Assembly: GCA_041649155.1 (NCBI GenBank)
Contig: JBAZNP010000001.1
Location: forward strand, 739,183 to 798,787
DNA length: 59,605 bases
Origin: Patescibacteria group bacterium
GTDB taxonomy: Bacteria; Patescibacteriota; UBA1384; XYA2-FULL-43-10; 1-14-0-10-43-13
Direction: 5' to 3'
Under the pieces are notes generated by a model. That model made no database searches and was not told the DNA's origin. It worked only from the letters and a program-made list of their open reading frames with translations. Positions 48,365-56,493 of the stretch are shown here, piece after piece; the first letter of the stretch is position 1; every line of letters starts with the position of its first letter. Made by a program: the position numbers and the translations under genes.

Positions 48365-49951
48365 ATGGAAAATATAAAAAAACCTGTAGTTTTATGCATT
48401 ATCGACGGTTTTGGGTTGTCTGCATCATGGAAGGGCAATGCTATTTTAACTGCAAATCCCAAGAATTTTTTAAATTTTTGGGCAACGTATCCGCATTGTT
48501 TGCTTGCTTACCCAAATACACCTTCAAACGACTTATCTCTCTACAACAATCCCGAGAGCTATCTTTCCTCTTTACTGGAAGGCAGAAAAAATGAGTCTCA
48601 GCGTGAATATATAGATAATAAAATCAAAGAGGACGTGTTATTAAATAATAATGTTTTAAACGATGCTTTTAAACAAGCTTCAGAAAAAAGTTCCTCACTC
48701 CATTTAATTGGAAATTTTTCAGGCAAGTCAGGCAAATATGGTGATTTGGAGCATTTAATTGCACTATTGAGGTTAGCCAAGAAGAGAGGAATTTATCGTG
48801 TCTACACTCATCTTATTATGGACGACACTGGTGGAGACAATGATCAAGCTCTTGATAGTCTTCATATACTAGAAGCTGAAATAGCAAAAATTGGATTAGG
48901 AGAAATCGCGTCCATTTCGGGACTCAACTATCTGCGCGATGAAATGAATGCAAAGACTTTTAAGACTTATAAAGCGATTGTTGAAGGTCGGGGCAATTTC
49001 TATCTTAGTGCCGAACAAGCAATTAATCGAAATAAAAAAACCTCATCATTATTATCCAATATTCCCCCATCTGTAATTACTAGCCAAGGTAATCCAATCG
49101 CAAGAGTTTCAGATTTTGACTCTATTATTTTCTTTAATCACAATAATTTTGAATTAACAAAATTAATAACCGCCCTATCAGCAAATAGCGCTGAAAGTTC
49201 TCAGTTAACTTTGGCAAAATATTTATTTTTAGCTACATTTTTTGATCATGTTTTACCTAAGAGCAATCAGGTAAAATCTATTTTTGAAACCGAAAATAAG
49301 ATTAATTTACCGAATATTTTATCAAATGCGGAGGTTAATCAACTATATCTATCCGACAGTTCTAGAATTTTTTCTATCAAGTCTGGTCTTAGAGGTTTGG
49401 AACAAGCAGGTTATGCGTCTGAGGATTTTATTCCTATTATTAATAAAAATAAATATTTAAATAATCCTAAGGACGTTCTAAATAGCATATTTTCCAAGGC
49501 TGTTGATTCGATTAAACAAAGAAGACACGACTTTATAATGATAGAAGTTCCTTCCATTGATGAAGCGGCAAATTATGGGACATTTGATCAGACTGTGAAG
49601 GCGGTGAAAGCTATTGATGAGTTTTTGCCATCCCTGTTCCAAAGTATTGAAGACTCAAATGGCTCTTTAATTCTAACATCGTTGTATGGAAATGCTGAAA
49701 AAATGGTTCAACGAAGTTCATATGAATTATTAAACAACAGAACAATAAATCCGGTTCCGTTTATTCTGGCAACAAAAGATTCTCAGAAAAAATCGGCGAT
49801 CACAAATATTGCATCAGAGTTAATGTGTGGTATGATGTCAAAGAAGAATCATTTAACAGATATTGCGCCAACTATACTTGAACTATTAGATTTACCGGTT
49901 CCAAAAGAATTTTCCGGTAAGAGTTTGGTTTCACAAAAAAGCGCTTTTTAA
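48365..49951 (+). CDS. iPGM-like paralog lacking catalytic residues (probable pseudoenzyme)
   Basis: Collinear with iPGM end to end (IDGFG, NPVPFIL, LTDIAPTILELL) but NNPESYL, DDTGG, LRDE, DSSR, IDEAAN, SLYGN, RT replace the active motifs. Confidence 0.85.
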   Translation: MENIKKPVVLCIIDGFGLSASWKGNAILTANPKNFLNFWATYPHCLLAYPNTPSNDLSLYNNPESYLSSLLEGRKNESQREYIDNKIKEDVLLNNNVLNDAFKQASEKSSSLHLIGNFSGKSGKYGDLEHLIALLRLAKKRGIYRVYTHLIMDDTGGDNDQALDSLHILEAEIAKIGLGEIASISGLNYLRDEMNAKTFKTYKAIVEGRGNFYLSAEQAINRNKKTSSLLSNIPPSVITSQGNPIARVSDFDSIIFFNHNNFELTKLITALSANSAESSQLTLAKYLFLATFFDHVLPKSNQVKSIFETENKINLPNILSNAEVNQLYLSDSSRIFSIKSGLRGLEQAGYASEDFIPIINKNKYLNNPKDVLNSIFSKAVDSIKQRRHDFIMIEVPSIDEAANYGTFDQTVKAVKAIDEFLPSLFQSIEDSNGSLILTSLYGNAEKMVQRSSYELLNNRTINPVPFILATKDSQKKSAITNIASELMCGMMSKKNHLTDIAPTILELLDLPVPKEFSGKSLVSQKSAF

Positions 49952-49981
49952 ATAAATCAAAGATAATAATGTAAGGAAAAT

Positions 49982-51976
49982 GTGATGGAAAAAATTGAAC
50001 AATTAGTAAATCCTAGTTCGGTCGCTATTATTGGCGCCTCGGCTGATTCAACCAAGATCGGATATCAAATTACAAACAATTTAATTTCCGGCCATTTTGT
50101 CGGTAAAATTTTTCCTGTGAATCCAAAAGAAGACAAAATATTGGGACTAAAAGCTTATGCAGACATTTCTTTAATTAAAGAGCAAGTAGACTTGGCGGTA
50201 ATCGTCATACCTGCCCAATTTGTGCTTCAGATAATAAAGCAATGTGCAGAAAATCATGTTAAATCCATTATTATTATCAGTGCCGGATTTGCTGAGATCG
50301 GCGAAGATGGAGAGAAATTGCAGGATGAAATAGTTGAAGTTTGCAGAGAAGCTGGTATTACAATGCTGGGGCCTAACTGTCTTGGTTTGATTAATACAGA
50401 TGCGAAGTTAAATGCCTCTTTCGCTCAACTTATGCCAAAAGAGGGTAATATCTCCTTTGTCTCCCAATCGGGAGCGATGATTGCTGCTTTAATCGACTGG
50501 TCTAAAAGTGCTTCAGTCGGATTTAATAAGATTTTTTCTATGGGAAACAAGGCTGATATTCGCGAAGAATCGGTTTTGGAATACTTATATAATGATTCGT
50601 CAACCAAGGTCATAGTCGCTTATTTTGAGCAAATCAATGTTAATAAAGAATTAACTGAGTTGTTTGTTAAATATTCTAAAATAAAACCGACTATTGTTTT
50701 ATTTGGCGGTAAAACAAGTCTGGGAGCCAAGGCTGCTTCTTCACATACCGGCTCAGTGATTTCCTCTTATTTAGCAGTTGAAACATATCTAAAGCAGGCC
50801 GGAGTCATAGTAGCATCAAACTTGTCTGAAATATTTATGTATTGTCAGCTTTTTTCCAATTATCAAAAGATTAACGGTGACAATGTCGCAATTGTTACAA
50901 ATGCCGGCGGTCCAGGAATTGTAACTTGTGATGAGTTATTCGCAAGAAACTTAAATCTGGCCAAGCTTTCAGAAAAAACAACTGAATTATTGAGCAAAAT
51001 TTGTCGCCCATGTGCCAATATTAATAATCCAGTTGATATATTGGGTGATGCAACCAAGGAAGACTACCAAAAAACTCTCGGGGTTGTTGAGGCGGACCCG
51101 AATATTAATAGTATCTTGGTGCTTTTAACTCCTCAGTCTGCAACTGATGCTCTGGGAACAGCCCAAATGATTGCTGACTTCTCGTCTTCAAAACCAATTA
51201 TTTCGGTATTTATTGGCGGTGAAAATTTAAGTGAGGCGAGGACGGTAATTGAAAAATCAAATAAGCCTTGTTACGTTAGTCCGGATGAGGCGGTACATTC
51301 ATTGGAGACGCTAGTTGCTTTTAATAAAAATTTACCAAAACTTTTACCTCTCGAAAAAGGTAATGATACTTTTAATGAGAGCAATAAGAACGAATGTTTA
51401 AAAAAATTCAATTTGCCCATACTAGAATACTCCAAAGTTGAATCAATTGATGAATTAAAAAAACACTCTTTAAATATTGGATATCCGGTTGTGCTCAAAA
51501 CGGCAAAATCTGAAATCGTGCATAAATCTGACAGTGGCGGCGTCAAGCTAAATATTCAAAATGATGCAGAACTTGAAGAAGCATTTTCCGAACTTGGATC
51601 ACCTGTGATTATTGGAAAAATGGTTAAAGGCAAGCACGAGATATTTCTTGGTATTAAAAAAGATCCGAATATTGGTACTTTGGTTGCTTTTGGTACTGGC
51701 GGAATTTATTCTGAAATTTACAAAGATCTTTCATATCGGGTCGCTCCAATATCAAAAAATGTTGCACTTGATATGATAAATGAAACTAAAATTGGTCAGG
51801 TTTTGAATGGAGCTCGTGGTCAGGATAAGTATGATTTTGATAAGCTGTCAGAGGTTATTGTAAATGCAGCTAAATTTGCTGATGCATATGAAAATATTAA
51901 AGAAATTGACTTTAATCCATTGATTGCTTCATATCCAGATTTTTATATTGTTGATGTTCGGATTATTGAGGGGTAA
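49982..51976 (+). CDS. ADP-forming acetate/acyl-CoA ligase, alpha-beta fusion
   Basis: IIGASAD, GPNCLG, SQSGA, FSMGN, ASSHTG phospho-His, TNAGGPG, NPVDILG, HKSDSGGV ATP-grasp, EIDFNP. Confidence 0.95.
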   Translation: MMEKIEQLVNPSSVAIIGASADSTKIGYQITNNLISGHFVGKIFPVNPKEDKILGLKAYADISLIKEQVDLAVIVIPAQFVLQIIKQCAENHVKSIIIISAGFAEIGEDGEKLQDEIVEVCREAGITMLGPNCLGLINTDAKLNASFAQLMPKEGNISFVSQSGAMIAALIDWSKSASVGFNKIFSMGNKADIREESVLEYLYNDSSTKVIVAYFEQINVNKELTELFVKYSKIKPTIVLFGGKTSLGAKAASSHTGSVISSYLAVETYLKQAGVIVASNLSEIFMYCQLFSNYQKINGDNVAIVTNAGGPGIVTCDELFARNLNLAKLSEKTTELLSKICRPCANINNPVDILGDATKEDYQKTLGVVEADPNINSILVLLTPQSATDALGTAQMIADFSSSKPIISVFIGGENLSEARTVIEKSNKPCYVSPDEAVHSLETLVAFNKNLPKLLPLEKGNDTFNESNKNECLKKFNLPILEYSKVESIDELKKHSLNIGYPVVLKTAKSEIVHKSDSGGVKLNIQNDAELEEAFSELGSPVIIGKMVKGKHEIFLGIKKDPNIGTLVAFGTGGIYSEIYKDLSYRVAPISKNVALDMINETKIGQVLNGARGQDKYDFDKLSEVIVNAAKFADAYENIKEIDFNPLIASYPDFYIVDVRIIEG

Positions 51977-52139
51977 AATTAGAAAGAAGCAATAGCTGTT
52001 TCTGCAAATAATTTAAAATTTAAAAGGTTTAAACATTGGAAATTAAAAATTTATAATTCATTTTAAATTATAAATTGCCCTAAAAGGGTTCCTTCGGAAA
52101 AAATTTTAAATTTTGTTGATAAACATGGAGAGGACTTTT

Positions 52140-53174
52140 ATGAAAAATATTCAATTTTTAACTGGATGCGAAGCGGCCGTTAAAGGCGCACTTGAAGCCG
52201 GTGCAGAAGCAATGTTTGGTTATCCAATTACTCCTTCAACGGAAATTTTGCAGGGTTGGATTGCTGAAGCAGAGAAAAATAAATCTCTAAAATATTTGCA
52301 AACTGAAGACGAAACTTCGGCTGGTTTTGCTGTATGCGGAGCATTGTTGGCTGGCACGAAAGCTTTCACTGCTACTGCGGGCCCCGGCAGTATCTTAATG
52401 CAAGATCCCCTTTCTATGTCGGAAAACCTTCGTCTACCCTTTGTTTGTATTTTTATGCAGCGAGGAGGCCCTTCAACTGGTACAGTCAATTTTTCACAAC
52501 AGGAAGTTAATCTTTCTGCTTTTGGTGGAAATGGTGATGGTCTGCGTTTTGTCTATTCTGCTTCTACTGTGGAGGAAATGTATACTTTGACTATTAAAGC
52601 TTTTTCAACTGCATGGAAATATCGCTTCCCTACCTTTGTTCTTGGCGACGGGCATCTTTCTAAAATGAAAATGAAGGCTAATATAGTGAAGCCGATTAAT
52701 TCTGTTAAAAGCTCTTTAATATTGAAAGAAAGTAAAACTCCTACATTTTTACGCAATTGTTATAGTTCAGAAGAAGAATTCGGGCAGATATTGAAAGTTA
52801 ATATTGAAGATTGGAAAGAAGCATCAAAAAAGATTGAGGAATTTGAATTATATAAAGCCGGTGATGCAAAAGAATTAATAATAGCACATGGTTCTGTGGC
52901 GGATGCTGCCAAAGAAGCAGTTGATATTTTGCGTAGTCAGAGAAAAAAGATTGGCCTATTTCGCCCAATTACGGTTCACCCTATCGCATCTACGGCTTTA
53001 CGCAAGGCTGTGGCTAAGGCGAAAAAGGTATATGTGGTAGAGTCTTCGCTAAATCAGTTTTCTAGAATTGTAAAATATGAAACCAGCGGGCTAAAAACCC
53101 CAATCATTGAAATATCAAAGCCCGCAGAAAGTTTTTCCGCCGAAGAAATGGTTAGAAAGATATTAACATCATAA
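52140..53174 (+). CDS. 2-oxoacid:ferredoxin oxidoreductase alpha subunit (Vor/Kor type; start 52140)
   Basis: GYPITPSTEI, QTEDE, TATAGPG, QRGGPSTG. Confidence 0.93.
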   Translation: MKNIQFLTGCEAAVKGALEAGAEAMFGYPITPSTEILQGWIAEAEKNKSLKYLQTEDETSAGFAVCGALLAGTKAFTATAGPGSILMQDPLSMSENLRLPFVCIFMQRGGPSTGTVNFSQQEVNLSAFGGNGDGLRFVYSASTVEEMYTLTIKAFSTAWKYRFPTFVLGDGHLSKMKMKANIVKPINSVKSSLILKESKTPTFLRNCYSSEEEFGQILKVNIEDWKEASKKIEEFELYKAGDAKELIIAHGSVADAAKEAVDILRSQRKKIGLFRPITVHPIASTALRKAVAKAKKVYVVESSLNQFSRIVKYETSGLKTPIIEISKPAESFSAEEMVRKILTS

Positions 53175-53202
53175 ACATCTAACAATAAAGAGAAGACAAT
53201 AG

Positions 53203-53276
53203 GCTCAACTCATTAAATTTCTAGGCGCTCTCAAGGCTACATGCGCTTGCAACCGTCGAAATTTAACAAGTCTCAC
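53203..53276 (+). repeat. Structured dispersed repeat, family B copy 4
   Basis: CTCATTAAATTTCTAGGCGCTCTCAA...ACCGTCGAAATTTAACAAGTCTCAC. Confidence 0.8.
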
Positions 53277-53302
53277 CTATTCTATATTTAGAAGGGACTT
53301 AT

Positions 53303-54043
53303 ATGGAAAATATAATGCCAGCATCCTGGCGCAGTCAGACAAAGCCACACCTTTTTTGTCCTGGTTGCGGCCATGGAACTACATTAAAACAATTAGGCTA
53401 TGCAATTGACGAGTTAAAAATTCAAGATAGAACTACTTTTGGTATTGACATCGGTTGTTCCTTATTGGCTTGGAATTTTTTTAATATTGATACAGTTCAA
53501 ACTCACCACGGAAGAACAACGCCCGTAATGGTTGGATATAAAATTATGAAGCCGAAAAGAATTGCTATTGCATACATGGGTGATGGCGGCGGCTATGCCA
53601 TTGGTCTACAATCGCTTCTTCACGCTGCTTTTAGAAACGATCCAATTACGGTAATTCTAGTCAATAATTCGTTATACGGCATGACTGGCGGCCAGATGGC
53701 TCCCACTACCCGTCCAGGGGAGGTAACCGTGACTTCTCCAAACGGTAAACCTGCTGAATTTGGTGATGGGCTTAAGGGGCCTGAACTGGTTAGACAGGTA
53801 GCAAATAAAAAAGCATATGTAGCGCGAGCATCAATTTCCAAGCCTATAGTCCTGAGAAATACATTAAAAAAGGCACTAGAAAATCAAGCTAAAAATAACG
53901 CTTTCTCGTTTGTAGAAGTCGTTTCGATTTGTCCGACAAACTGGAAAATGAACGCCAAGCAATGTTTTTCTAGATTGTCTGATATGGAAGACTATTATCC
54001 TTTGGGTGAAGTTTTAGCACAAAAGGAGAAAAATGCCGAATAA
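53303..54043 (+). CDS. 2-oxoacid:ferredoxin oxidoreductase beta (TPP-binding) subunit
   Basis: FCPGCGHG, DIGCS, HGRT, GDGG...NN, YGMTGGQMAPT, ICPTNW. Confidence 0.95.
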   Translation: MENIMPASWRSQTKPHLFCPGCGHGTTLKQLGYAIDELKIQDRTTFGIDIGCSLLAWNFFNIDTVQTHHGRTTPVMVGYKIMKPKRIAIAYMGDGGGYAIGLQSLLHAAFRNDPITVILVNNSLYGMTGGQMAPTTRPGEVTVTSPNGKPAEFGDGLKGPELVRQVANKKAYVARASISKPIVLRNTLKKALENQAKNNAFSFVEVVSICPTNWKMNAKQCFSRLSDMEDYYPLGEVLAQKEKNAE

Positions 54044-54863
54044 AACAAAAAAAATAAATATAACTCTCGCCGGAGAAGGCGGCCAAGGTATTCAGACAAT
54101 TGCCAAGATTTTAAGCGAAGCAGCGATTGCTTCCTGTCACGAAGTGGCCTACATGCCGGTTTTTGGAGTTGAGCAACGCGGAACTCCTTCTGTTGCTCAT
54201 ATTACCGTATCAGACAAACAACTACGTTATCCTAAATTTGATATCGCGGACTATGTGATAGTTTTGCAGTCAAGAGCAATAAAAGCAGTGGAGCAATACG
54301 TTTCTCCTAACACAAAGGTTATTTTTGATAGTTCAACCATATCAGCAAAAGATTTACCTAAAACTTCTGTACACATCCTTGGAATGCCGGCAACCAAACT
54401 TGCCCACGAGCAATTCAATCCAAAGGCATTTAATATAATAGTGCTTGGTGTGCTAACAAAAATATTAGATATTCCAGAAAAAGATATTTGGGAACTAGTG
54501 ATGAAAGTTCTTGGCAAGAAATTCAAAACTGATGAGATTAAAAATTCAAATAAAGAAGCTCTTTCATTTGGAAGAGAACTGATTTTGGAAAAAGATAACT
54601 TTTCTAAAGCAACTTATAAGACAAAACATAAGTCAATTGTTTTTAAAGGTTATGGTAAAACCGGCCAGATTTCCCCCACACGTTGCAAGGGTTGTGGGAT
54701 TTGTATTGTGAAATGCCCTGTTGGCGCCCTTTCATTCGGTGAAGATTTGGGTGTTTACGCCACTGCCATACCAAAAGTTGATCTGGAAAAATGTATTGCC
54801 TGTGGCAATTGCAGAAATTTTTGCCCGGACGGCGCAATTAATATTAACAAGGATAGTAAATAA
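54033..54863 (+). CDS. 2-oxoacid:ferredoxin oxidoreductase gamma subunit fused to 2x[4Fe-4S] delta domain
   Basis: AGEGGQG, FGVEQRGTPS; CKGCGICIVKCP and CIACGNCRNFCP. Confidence 0.93.
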   Translation: MPNKTKKINITLAGEGGQGIQTIAKILSEAAIASCHEVAYMPVFGVEQRGTPSVAHITVSDKQLRYPKFDIADYVIVLQSRAIKAVEQYVSPNTKVIFDSSTISAKDLPKTSVHILGMPATKLAHEQFNPKAFNIIVLGVLTKILDIPEKDIWELVMKVLGKKFKTDEIKNSNKEALSFGRELILEKDNFSKATYKTKHKSIVFKGYGKTGQISPTRCKGCGICIVKCPVGALSFGEDLGVYATAIPKVDLEKCIACGNCRNFCPDGAININKDSK

Positions 54864-54897
54864 TTTACTAACTAGAACATAACTACTCACTTACGCT

Positions 54898-55012
54898 GTC
54901 ATTTCGACTCCTCAGCTTTGTCTGGGGGTGGACCTGCCTGCCGGCAGGCAGGGAAATCTTAAAAATAGATTGAATTACTATTGGAAGATCCCTCCACATT
55001 GGTCGGGATGAC
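54898..55012. repeat. REP/MITE-like element with nested 20-bp palindrome
   Basis: GTCATTTCGAC...GTCGGGATGAC termini; CCTGCCTGCCGGCAGGCAGG at 54933-54952. Confidence 0.7.
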
Positions 55013-55237
55013 ACAAGGTCGAGTGAAATTACGCTAGAACTCCTTTGCAAAAGGGGGTAAAACAGACCCAATTGATCACATATCCTAAGTTGCTGTGAAC
55101 TATTATCGTGTTAGTATTTGTCCTCAAAATTATTAAAAATATCTCCATTCTTATATTAATATATAGCAGAACTGTCACAGAATGCTGTAAGTTCTTTTGG
55201 TAGCCTATAAACATCATTTGGAAGGAGGTGTTAAAAT

Positions 55238-55612
55238 ATGAAGACAATGAAACTTAAAGTCGGTATTGTAACTACCGTAATAGCCTTAATGGTAATCGCT
55301 TCTTTGGGTGCATCTAAAGCTGATGCTTATTCAAATAATGCAAAGAATTTGGCTGGACTTATTGCAACCACAAATGTTTTAGACGGCGGTTCAAGCGGAG
55401 CATTCACTAGCGGAACAGATGACCTAGCTGATTTGATTGTGCTTGGTGGTTTATTCCCAACTTCTACTAGTGCAAATCAGAATGCCAAAGATCTTGCTGG
55501 ATTGATTGCAGTTGACAGCGTAACAGGTGGTAGCTCTGGTGGATCATTCACTGATGGAACAACTGATCTTGGAGGATTGCTTGTGCTAAACAATCTGTTT
55601 TTAGATCCTTGA
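55238..55612 (+). CDS. Secreted protein with 2 copies of an unfamiliar ~47-aa repeat (paralog A)
   Basis: AAGGAGGTG RBS, signal peptide ending ADA, NAKxLAGLIA / DLxxLxVLxxLF repeats, ends LFLDP. Confidence 0.88.
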   Translation: MKTMKLKVGIVTTVIALMVIASLGASKADAYSNNAKNLAGLIATTNVLDGGSSGAFTSGTDDLADLIVLGGLFPTSTSANQNAKDLAGLIAVDSVTGGSSGGSFTDGTTDLGGLLVLNNLFLDP

Positions 55613-55638
55613 TAAATTAAATTAGAGTTTAATTTTCA

Positions 55639-55668
55639 GCAAAAACACGGTTTCGGCCGTGTTTTTGC
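55639..55668. terminator. Intrinsic terminator after paralog A
   Basis: GCAAAAACACGG / CCGTGTTTTTGC. Confidence 0.75.
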
Positions 55669-55700
55669 GTAGCCACTCACTGTATTAGAATTTTTATTTT

Positions 55701-55806
55701 GCCATCCCCGTGAAGACCTGCCTGCCAGTAGGCAGGCACGATAGTAAAATCTTAAAACTACTTGTCGAATGGGAGCGATGAGGCTCAGGCCTCAGAGTCG
55801 AATGAC
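55701..55806. repeat. Degenerate REP/MITE-like element
   Basis: GCCATCCCCGTGAAG...CCTGCCTGCCAGTAGGCAGG...GTCGAATGAC. Confidence 0.55.
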
Positions 55807-55967
55807 GGGAATGATAGTGAATGGTTATGTTTTTGCTACTTGGATATCTAAGCGCATTACTATTAAAAATAATATTATATCCAAGCCAGAATTATGGGAA
55901 AATATTCACAGAATATGGTTAATTATTTTAATAGCTTGAAAACATAATGAAAGGAGGTGCTAAGGAT

Positions 55968-56483
55968 ATGAAAACAATAAAATTGGGGGTTAGCTTATCC
56001 TTTGCGGCGATATCTGCAGTGATAGTTGCTGTTGCTTTTTTTGGCGTTAAATATGCTGATGCTCGATTATCTTCTAACGCAAAGAATTTAGCTAGTCTTA
56101 TTGCAGTTGACAATATAACAGGAAGCTCTAATGGGTCTCTTACTAATAATAATACGAACGATCTTAGCGAGTTAATTGTACTTGGTGGCTTATTCCCTAC
56201 CTCTACTAATCCAACTCAAAATGCTAGAGATCTTGCTGGCCTGATTGCAGTAAATAATGTGACTGGTGGCTCTAGCGGTGCATTCGCTAGCAACCAAACT
56301 GATCTTGGCTCACTTATTGTATTAAACGGATTATTTGGCGGTACAGGATCATCTGCTTCGACTAATGCTAAAAACTTAGCTGGATTGATCGCAGTTAGTA
56401 ACATAACTGGTGGAGATATGTCTGGCGGAAATGACAACCTTGGGGAATTGCTTGTACTAAACGGTCTGTTTTTAGACCCTTGA
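55968..56483 (+). CDS. Secreted protein with 3 copies of the same repeat (paralog B; start 55968)
   Basis: AAAGGAGGTG RBS, signal peptide ending ADA, three repeats, ends LFLDP. Confidence 0.88.
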   Translation: MKTIKLGVSLSFAAISAVIVAVAFFGVKYADARLSSNAKNLASLIAVDNITGSSNGSLTNNNTNDLSELIVLGGLFPTSTNPTQNARDLAGLIAVNNVTGGSSGAFASNQTDLGSLIVLNGLFGGTGSSASTNAKNLAGLIAVSNITGGDMSGGNDNLGELLVLNGLFLDP

Positions 56484-56493
56484 GAAATTAGAA

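Noticed and set aside
48365-49951. Calling the iPGM-like ORF a pseudogene
   Set aside because: The frame is uninterrupted and full length with tight operon spacing; treated as a candidate pseudoenzyme.
54883-55247. Minus-strand ORFs 54883-55071 and 55029-55247
   Set aside because: Derived from a palindromic repeat and the promoter region of paralog A.
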